Shown in pieces: positions 18,798-25,011 of a stretch of DNA of 32,000 nucleotides (the first letter of the stretch is position 1; every line of letters starts with the position of its first letter). This DNA is from Schaalia meyeri (GTDB lineage: Bacteria; Actinomycetota; Actinomycetes; Actinomycetales; Actinomycetaceae), in NCBI RefSeq assembly GCF_900105015.1, contig NZ_FNLK01000012.1:120001-152000 (forward strand), read 5' to 3'. The notes beneath the pieces were generated by a model that saw only the letters and a program-made list of their open reading frames with translations, had not been told where the DNA came from and did no database searches. The position numbers were made by a program, and so were the translations under genes.

Positions 18798-19781
18798 ATG
18801 CTCCTTGCTCGGAACCTAGTTGACGGCACATTCATCAGCGCGTACGAATTCAAGGCGATGAGATCCACAGACCGTCCCGACACCCTGGTATGCCCCGGGA
18901 TCAGCGCGGAAGGAGCGGCGTGCACAGCCTCCGTCTCGCCAGCTGCGTTGACATCAGACCATATGCATCCCTATTTCCGCGTGGCCCGCGTCAGCGATCA
19001 CGTCGTTGGTTGCACGGAGGCCTCAACCAGGGTCGAGTCGCCGGATAAAGCCACTGACTTGGTGGGAGCGAAAGGAAAGCAGGGGCCGCGAGGCCCTCGC
19101 CAGCTCATACGCATCACCCTGCGCCACCCGCAAGCCGCCGCTACTCTAGCAGCACAGAAAGCCACTCGTGCGACGAGTGCTCGCATCGGCCACCACCGCG
19201 CACCCGCACCTACTAGCGGGACACGCACACTCACAGTTCAATGCGGAATCCGCAAAGCAGCCCTGGACCACGCGCGCGGTATCATTACCGACACTGACAC
19301 CGTGAGCCTGGGAGACAACAAAGGGGCCGCTAGCCGGTTCATCTACCCAACTGATCGACTCATCAACGCTCCCTACAACGGCCACGAGGTCATCGCCTAC
19401 GGGCAGTTGCACAGTGTCAGCAAGGGAAACGCTGCCAACACGTACTTCATTCGACTATGCCTTCCCGACGGTCGCCCCACCAAAGTATCCATTATGATCA
19501 GTGCCGCCCACTACGCAGCACTGCGCGTACGTCTCACCCAGGTCATGCTCGAACCCACAGCTTGGATGCTGATCGCATGTGGCACAGTCACAGGCCGGGA
19601 GGAGGCGAAACGATACCTCCGCCCCGTCGGTGCTCGCTCAGTTCACTTTCAGCGTACCTCGCTCAAGGTAGCGCACACGCCGTCCGCGAGCTTACCAGTG
19701 TCAGAGGACGTGAAATTCTCCGTCCCTGGCAGCACCTTCGAAGCCCGCTCAGAAAGCTCATCGAAATCCACATCCAATTGA
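18798..19781 (+). CDS. Hypothetical protein (island cargo, orphan)
   Basis: It is the only long ORF in the island (track ORF 18648..19781). I prefer the ATG at 18798, with GGGGA 8 nt upstream; alternatives are the ATGs at 18783 and 18717. The track start at 18648 is a TTG. I recognised no family. The N-terminal part is Cys/His-rich. Confidence 0.6.
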   Translation: MLLARNLVDGTFISAYEFKAMRSTDRPDTLVCPGISAEGAACTASVSPAALTSDHMHPYFRVARVSDHVVGCTEASTRVESPDKATDLVGAKGKQGPRGPRQLIRITLRHPQAAATLAAQKATRATSARIGHHRAPAPTSGTRTLTVQCGIRKAALDHARGIITDTDTVSLGDNKGAASRFIYPTDRLINAPYNGHEVIAYGQLHSVSKGNAANTYFIRLCLPDGRPTKVSIMISAAHYAALRVRLTQVMLEPTAWMLIACGTVTGREEAKRYLRPVGARSVHFQRTSLKVAHTPSASLPVSEDVKFSVPGSTFEARSESSSKSTSN

Positions 19782-19959
19782 GCTCGGGCTTATCCCGTTC
19801 CCGCTCCACCTTGCAGGGATACTACCCGCAGGAGGCGTGATTCTTCGCTGCTTTCGTTGCCGTCTTACGCCGGACTCTCGACGTGATGCTACTGATCTTC
19901 CGCTGGATACTGGATCCACTTTTTCGCAGGTATCCCAAGAACTGCGGTCGAGAAACCGT

Positions 19960-20036
19960 TGGTGCCCCAAGTCGGGCTTGAACCGACGACCGACGGATTA
20001 TGAGTCCGCTGCTCTGACCGACTGAGCTATTGGGGC
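19960..20036 (-). tRNA. tRNA with CAU anticodon (elongator Met or lysidine-modified Ile2), CCA encoded
   Basis: The reverse complement is GCCCCAATAGCTCAGTCGGTCAGAGCAGCGGACTCATAATCCGTCGGTCGTCGGTTCAAGCCCGACTTGGGGCACCA. It folds as a cloverleaf with a 7-bp acceptor stem, GCTC/GAGC D stem, GCGGA/TCCGT anticodon stem, CTCATAA loop and GTCGG/CCGAC T stem. It lacks the initiator features (no C1:A72 mismatch, no three G-C pairs in the anticodon stem). Confidence 0.93.
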
Positions 20037-20220
20037 GGGGCCATCCTACCGGATCGCGCCCGGGTAGCTCCACCCGCGGGCGCAAGTCGCGTGCTCACAT
20101 CGCGGGGCGGCGGGTCCATCGAAGCAGGTAAGACCCCCGCATCGGATTGCGGGCCCGCGTCGCGGGGCGAATACACGGCGCGCGGCCGACGACGGGCCGG
20201 GAGCCACGCCTCCGGCGTGC

Positions 20221-21177
20221 TCACGCGTATCGGCGGGCGATCGAGGCGGCCTCGGGCACGTAGGAGCGGCCGAAGATGGCGCAGTGCAGCATGATGATGT
20301 GCATCTGGTGCAGGGCCATGCGCTCGCGCCACCCGTCCGCCAAGGGTGACGCCTCGTGGTAGGCGGCGGTGATGCGCTCCAGGTGTGGGCATCCGAAAAC
20401 GGCGAGCGCCGCCAGGTCCTCCTCGGCGTGGCCACCCTGGGCGGCGGGGTCGATCAGGACCGCCCCATCGGGAGTCCACATGACGTTGCCGGACCACAGG
20501 TCGCCGTGGGTGCGGGCCGCGCCGACCGGGCCGGGCCGGGCGATCGCGTCGGAGACCAGGCGGGGCTGGTCGTGGTCGAGCGCCCCGGATTCCAGCCGTT
20601 CACACAGCCGCCCGATCAGGGCGCGGTCGGCGGCAGTGAAAGCAGGGGCGCCCAGGTAGGGCGCGATTCGCTCATGTGCATAGAAGCTCCCCCACGACCG
20701 TGCCGAGGCCGGGGCAAAGTCGCCGAGATTCGCGGCGGCGCTGCCCCGCGACGTGTTCGCGGGCTCCTGCGCTCCGCTCGAATTGGTCTCCTGCGAACCA
20801 TCATCGAGGGCACCGCGACGCACCGGGTCTCCCCCGGGCCTCGCCGGGTCGGCGGCGCGAGCGCCGGGCTCCTGTCGCTGCGGGAGAGACAGGGGCGCCT
20901 CCCCCATCCACCCGTCGCCAGCGTACCCGGGCGGGGCGGCCCCGAGGTGGCTGGCGCCTGCAGCGTGGGTGTGGGCGAGGGCCCGCCCAAACTCCTCGGC
21001 AGCGCTTGAGGTGGGTGCGGCGGAAAGCAGCCGCGGCTCCTCGAGCCAGGTGGGCCCGTGGTCGATGACGGGCACAACGGCAGCGCCCGGGGCCGAGGCC
21101 TCGGCCAGCCACGCGAGACCGGCGACCTCGTAGGCGATCCGCCCGGGCCGCCCGTCGGTCTTCCTGATGGTGTCCAT
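20221..21177 (-). CDS. Fructosamine kinase family protein (aminoglycoside-phosphotransferase-like fold)
   Basis: The C-terminal half, THGDLWSGNVMWTPDGAVLIDPAAQGGHAEEDLAAL, matches the HGDLWxGN...DPA...GxxExDLA pattern of this family. The start is set at MDTIRKT (ATG 21175-21177, AAGGCGAGG upstream). The track ORF extends to 21312. Confidence 0.8.
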   Translation of the reverse strand: MDTIRKTDGRPGRIAYEVAGLAWLAEASAPGAAVVPVIDHGPTWLEEPRLLSAAPTSSAAEEFGRALAHTHAAGASHLGAAPPGYAGDGWMGEAPLSLPQRQEPGARAADPARPGGDPVRRGALDDGSQETNSSGAQEPANTSRGSAAANLGDFAPASARSWGSFYAHERIAPYLGAPAFTAADRALIGRLCERLESGALDHDQPRLVSDAIARPGPVGAARTHGDLWSGNVMWTPDGAVLIDPAAQGGHAEEDLAALAVFGCPHLERITAAYHEASPLADGWRERMALHQMHIIMLHCAIFGRSYVPEAASIARRYA

Positions 21178-21381
21178 CGTTGCACCTCGCCTTCTTTCGG
21201 CTGACCGATCGCTGACAACCGCTGCTGCATGCTGTCCCATGTTATCCGCAACTGTCCACGCGCCCGACCGATCAGAGCCGCCGACCTGCCCGGGCGTCAC
21301 CCCTTTAGACACGTGCAGTGAGAAGACCGTTATACTTTCTCATGAAGTACTTTCTGCCATTATTCAGGATGTAGGCGCTCC

Positions 21382-23406
21382 ATGACCCTTTCGACGACAC
21401 AGAAGTCCATCGGCCAGCTGCTGACGGGCGATCGGCAGTACCAGATCCCCGACTTCCAGCGCCCCTACGTGTGGGAGGAACAGCAGGCGATCACGCTGGT
21501 CAGCGATCTGCTCGACGCGTGGCGCACGGACGACGGCGACTACTTCCTGGGATCCATCGTGCTCGTGCAGCGCCCAGACAGCGACGACGTTGACATCATC
21601 GACGGCCAGCAGCGCCTCACCACCCTGTGCATCCTTGTCGCTTTACTGCGCCACCTCACGACGGACAGCCGCCTACGAGACGAGCTCGGCGAGCTCCTAC
21701 GCATTCCCCAATCGCGCATCAAGGGACTGGATGAACGGGCCCGACTGTCCGTGCGCGAATGCGACCGCGATGCCTTCGACACGTTCATCGTCGGCGATAA
21801 CATCGACTCCCTGTTCGACATGGTCGTCGACTCCACCGCTGACGTCGACGGCAACTTCCCGATGCCTTCCTCCATTCGCCGGATCCACAACAACGCACGG
21901 GCAATGTTCGAGGCGCTGATTGACCCGGATACTCTGTCCCCCGGCGACGTCCAGAACTTCGTTCAATACCTCATCCTTAACGTCTCTCTCATCGAAGTCC
22001 TCACCGACTCCTACCAGTCTGCCCACCGTATTTTCTCGGTCCTCAACACGCGCGGCGTCCCCCTCTCGGCTGCCGACATTTTCAAGGCTCGCGTCCTGTC
22101 GCACGTCGATGCGAGTTCCCGCGCGCGCTACGCGCGCCTGTGGGAGGGGTGCATCACGTCGCTTGGCACCGAGAACCCCGACGCGTTCTTTGGCCACCTC
22201 CTGACCCTCACACTCCGCTCACCCGCAAAACGCGCCCTCATCGACGCCTTCGGCGAGGGGGTTCTCACCCCCTTTTTCGCCTCGAAGAGCGGCGAGGAGT
22301 TCATTGACGAGGTTCTGGCCCCCGCCGCCCGCGCCTACACGCTGGCTACCCTGGAACCGCTTGACGGTCACTGCGCTGCCACGGCCCTTGAGCTGCTGCG
22401 TCTCTATGACTCCTCCGACTGGAAGCCAGCGGCGATGAGCATCCTGACGGCGAATTTCGGCGACGAGGAGAAGGCCCGAAGGCTGAGCGCCCTCGAACGT
22501 GTCTACGGCACGGCCGTCGCCGCGCGCCTCACCCCGGGGCAGCGGTCCACTATCATCGCCAAGTTCCTGAGTGCATCGGAGAACAACAAGCCCATCGACG
22601 TCGCGGCTGCGGTCCCCGACGACATCCGCCGCCGAGCAGCAGCGACGATCGCCAGGCCGCTGCCACGGTCTTCTATCCGAAAGGTGCTGCTCTACCACGC
22701 GTTGGTCGCTGAGCACGGGACGTACCCTCGTCGGCTGCCACGCAGCCTGGGCGTCCTATCCGGCCTCCCCAACACGCACATTCGCGGCGTCGACGGAGCC
22801 ATCGACCTGGACACGTGGGGCAAGCGCCTGGGAGGACTCGTCCTCTCTGTCAACAGATCGCGGACCATCAACCAGGCTCCTGACTGGGACACCGCATCGC
22901 GGGCATGTCGCGGTATCGCATTGCTCGACGGCCTCGCGGTTGCTTCGCTCCCCTCGCGCGGCGGCGAGATTCATGCCGCCGACCTTGAGCAGCGCCAGGC
23001 GCACATGACGCGACTGATCCTCAAATATTGGGACATTCGACGCGACACTGAAGGGATCGACCTGTCGCGCCTCACCCGGGCTGAACTCGACGCCGCCGTG
23101 GATAATCGCTCCGCGGCCCGCGGACGCCAGGTGCGGCTCGCGGACGTCGTGTCGACCGGCATCATCTCCCCCGGCGACACCTTCACGTGGCGGCGACGCA
23201 ACCTCGGCAACGTGTACGTCATCACGATCTCGACGGAGGGCACCATCGTGCTTCCCGACGGCCAGGAGGTTTCCTCTCCCTCTGCCGCCGTCAGAGCCCT
23301 CACCGGCAACGGCAGCGCCGCCGCCCTCGACGTGTTCGTCCGAGAGTCCGACGGAAAGAAGATGCGCGACCTGTGGGGCACCTACCGCACCCACTTCGGG
23401 GCGTAG
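21382..23406 (+). CDS. DUF262 (ParB-like NTPase) domain protein of the GmrSD/BrxU type, with a divergent DUF1524-like region and a small C-terminal RAMA-like module
   Basis: The N-terminus carries the DUF262 hallmarks DFQRPYVWEEQQ, IIDGQQRLTTL and FSVLNTRGVPLSAADIFKA. Residues ~455-500 (NTHIRGV...LGGLVLSVNRSRTIN) loosely follow the DUF1524 pattern EHI.P...GNL.LL...N....N. The last ~85 aa (ISPGDTF...IVLPDGQEVSSPSAAVRALTG) resemble the C-terminal module appended to many restriction proteins. ATG at 21382 with GTAGG/AGGA upstream. Confidence 0.8.
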   Translation: MTLSTTQKSIGQLLTGDRQYQIPDFQRPYVWEEQQAITLVSDLLDAWRTDDGDYFLGSIVLVQRPDSDDVDIIDGQQRLTTLCILVALLRHLTTDSRLRDELGELLRIPQSRIKGLDERARLSVRECDRDAFDTFIVGDNIDSLFDMVVDSTADVDGNFPMPSSIRRIHNNARAMFEALIDPDTLSPGDVQNFVQYLILNVSLIEVLTDSYQSAHRIFSVLNTRGVPLSAADIFKARVLSHVDASSRARYARLWEGCITSLGTENPDAFFGHLLTLTLRSPAKRALIDAFGEGVLTPFFASKSGEEFIDEVLAPAARAYTLATLEPLDGHCAATALELLRLYDSSDWKPAAMSILTANFGDEEKARRLSALERVYGTAVAARLTPGQRSTIIAKFLSASENNKPIDVAAAVPDDIRRRAAATIARPLPRSSIRKVLLYHALVAEHGTYPRRLPRSLGVLSGLPNTHIRGVDGAIDLDTWGKRLGGLVLSVNRSRTINQAPDWDTASRACRGIALLDGLAVASLPSRGGEIHAADLEQRQAHMTRLILKYWDIRRDTEGIDLSRLTRAELDAAVDNRSAARGRQVRLADVVSTGIISPGDTFTWRRRNLGNVYVITISTEGTIVLPDGQEVSSPSAAVRALTGNGSAAALDVFVRESDGKKMRDLWGTYRTHFGA

Positions 23407-23496
23407 GGCGAGGCGGGCAGCCGCGAGGTTCGTATGCCAACAAGTGGCGGCGACGCTACCTACGCGGCACGGGCCTCGCCTCCACATCCGCCGACC

Positions 23497-23532
23497 TCAA
23501 CGAGGCGGTGACAGCCCTGCACGCCTCGTTGA
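23497..23532 (+). other. 11-bp perfect stem-loop, a possible I-shaped terminator of the DUF262 gene
   Basis: TCAACGAGGCG (23497-23507) pairs with CGCCTCGTTGA (23522-23532) around a 14-nt loop. It sits 91 nt after the stop codon, and no T-tract follows. Confidence 0.3.
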
Positions 23533-24710
23533 CGCCTAGCCATTCACCTCCTTATCTATCCCGCGGCCCCGAGTTCGGAGCCGATGCCCCCCAGAGGCTC
23601 GAGAAGAGACTGAACACCCTGCACGAGGGCCGCTCCATCGCCCCCATCGCCCCATCGCCCGGCAGGAACGTTCCTCCACCCAACGCGATTCGTCCGCACG
23701 GCAATGTGGGTGCCCCTCTATTGAGCTTCCACGGCATCGCGGCCGGAGACACGAGCCGCGCGCCGTTAGCTCGGGCCTTGCCGAGTGAAACCCACATCGC
23801 CCCAGCATGACCTCCGGCGCAACCCGTACCGCCCAGCGGCACCCCACAGTCCGCCGCATGAAACCAACACCGCCCCTGCTTCGACGAATCGATCGAAAAC
23901 GGGGTGTTGTCGGCCTGCCGGGGCGGTCGTAGTTTCAACTAGACCGCACAGACCTCACGCTGAGGCGTCAGCGGTTTCACAAGGGTACTCCGGCGATGCC
24001 CCGACCACTGCACTGGTTAAGGCAGCATTGCACCACCAAGTAGCTGGCACAATGCCGACCTAAGTAGTGCACGACCACGTAGGAACAAGCCGGAGCTCGG
24101 ATATTTCGCAACTACCGCCGGGCAGCGCCCGGGTGGAAGCCGCGGTAAAGGCTACGGGCCCCTGTGCCCCTAGGCGTTCAAGGACGCGGTCGTGGCACGG
24201 TGGTCGGCAGCAAGGTCCGGCCGAGCCCCGAGGCCAAACATCATCCGGGGAGGTATCTGCGCGGCCTGCGGGGCATGACAGGGGTTGGACGCCCACACGC
24301 GACCAGGGTGGAGGCAGCCGCGGGACCTGCCGACTGCGGAACCTGGCTACGGTGCCCGTGGGCGGCGGCAGGGCCCGGCCGGGCTTCTAGCCGACGCGCC
24401 GAGCCGCAGGCTCGCAGCGTGGACGGCGAGCGGGCGGGCCGCCGCCCACGGGCACACAAGGCAGCCGGGCCAAGGCAACAGTCGGAAGCAGGAGTGCGCG
24501 CCAACGCACCTGGAAGCCACGCACGTCGTGACATAGGTGGGCAGACCCCGCAGCGGCTGGAAGCCAGGAGCACGGCAAACAGCCAGGCAAGCACGCAGCG
24601 AGGCTGCAGCCAGAGGCCGCGCGGGCAGGCCACACGAAGACAGAAGTTCAAGCGGCGCAGCAATACGGAAACCGAGGATCAGGTGACACAGCGGCATGGC
24701 GCACGCGGGC

Positions 24711-24742
24711 AACAAAAATCGGCACCCGCGACGCGGATACCG
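24711..24742 (-). terminator. Intrinsic terminator downstream of tRNA-Ala
   Basis: The minus strand reads CGGTATCC-GCGTCGC-GGGTGCCG, an 8-bp stem including two G-U pairs, followed by ATTTTTGTT. It starts 9 nt after the tRNA 3' end. Confidence 0.6.
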
Positions 24743-24750
24743 ACCTACGG

Positions 24751-24823
24751 TGGAGCTAGGGGGATTCGAACCCCCGACCTTCTCATTGCGAACGAGACGC
24801 GCTACCAGCTGCGCCATAGCCCC
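24751..24823 (-). tRNA. tRNA-Ala (CGC anticodon), CCA not fully encoded
   Basis: The reverse complement is GGGGCTATGGCGCAGCTGGTAGCGCGTCTCGTTCGCAATGAGAAGGTCGGGGGTTCGAATCCCCCTAGCTCCA. It has the G3:U70 alanine identity pair, a TTCGCAA anticodon loop and a 73-nt cloverleaf. Confidence 0.95.
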
Positions 24824-24835
24824 AAGGACGGCTAT

Positions 24836-24865
24836 AGCTTAGCATTGTCATTTCTCATCACGCAA
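24836..24865 (-). promoter_or_regulatory. Candidate promoter of tRNA-Ala
   Basis: The minus strand reads TTGCGT (24865-24860), an 18-nt spacer, then TAAGCT (24841-24836). The -10 element ends 12 nt before the mature tRNA 5' end. The -35 match is weak. Confidence 0.3.
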
Positions 24866-24952
24866 GCCGACTGCGTGGGCTGGCGCTCCGCAAAGAAGGC
24901 CGCGAAAGACAGCCACGAGAGCCCGCTTTGTCGCGACGGCTACCGTGGCAGC

Positions 24953-24997
24953 CGCGAAAGACAGCCGTGCCGCGGACCGGAAAGCCCGCGGCACGGC
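24953..24997 (-). terminator. Hairpin terminator downstream of the SepX/GlpR-like gene
   Basis: 12-bp GC-rich stem, GCCGTGCCGCGG (24964-24975) and CCGCGGCACGGC (24986-24997), with a 10-nt loop. It lies 14 nt after the TAG stop and is followed on the minus strand by TGTCTTTCG. Confidence 0.55.
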
Positions 24998-25011
24998 AGC
25001 AAAGGGGGCAG

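Larger units (their letters stand above)
18444..19994. mobile_element. Integrase-less mini genomic island (or island remnant) inserted at the 3' end of tRNA(CAU)
   Basis: It is bounded by the 38-bp direct repeat. The enclosed 1475 bp have lower G+C: hand counts of 60-nt lines give 48-55% at 18.54-18.72 kb, against about 65% in rpoB. There is a single ORF and no recombinase gene. Confidence 0.55.

Noticed and set aside
19822-20085. An 87-aa minus-strand ORF, and the 65-aa ORF at 18372..18569.
   Set aside because: Both contain SSVQARLGAPT, which is simply the translated tRNA(CAU) T-arm and acceptor region and its orphan copy.
20046-21312. Alternative-frame ORFs around the fructosamine-kinase gene (20027..20497-, 20046..20435-, 20356..21009+, 20616..21251-, 20676..21068+, 20753..21133+, 20801..21112-) and the N-terminal extension of the kinase ORF to 21312.
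   Set aside because: Only the frame containing HGDLWSGN...DPA carries family motifs; the others are R/P/G-rich. The 45-residue extension lacks homology, and the ATG at 21177 has a good ribosome-binding site.
23900-24720. The possibility that the ORF-less region encodes a known housekeeping RNA (RNase P RNA, tmRNA, SRP RNA or 6S RNA).
   Set aside because: I looked for the hallmark strings. These were GAGGAAAGTCCGGGC and ACAGAAUCCGGCUUA for RNase P, the GGGGCUGA...tRNA-Ala-like CCA end for tmRNA, and GGUCCGGAAGGAAGCAGC for SRP. I found only short partial resemblances such as AAGGTCCGGCC, GGCAACAG and GGTAAAGGC, which is not enough to call any of them. A covariance-model scan is still needed.
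18444-24830. A search for an integrase, excisionase or transposase, and for a second att-type repeat of the tRNA-Ala 3' end that would define a larger island including the DUF262 gene.
   Set aside because: No ORF in any frame shows tyrosine- or serine-recombinase or DDE motifs that I can recognise. I found no second copy of the tRNA-Ala 3' sequence (TGGAGCTAGGGGGATTCGAACC) by eye. Only the tRNA(CAU)-derived repeat is supported.
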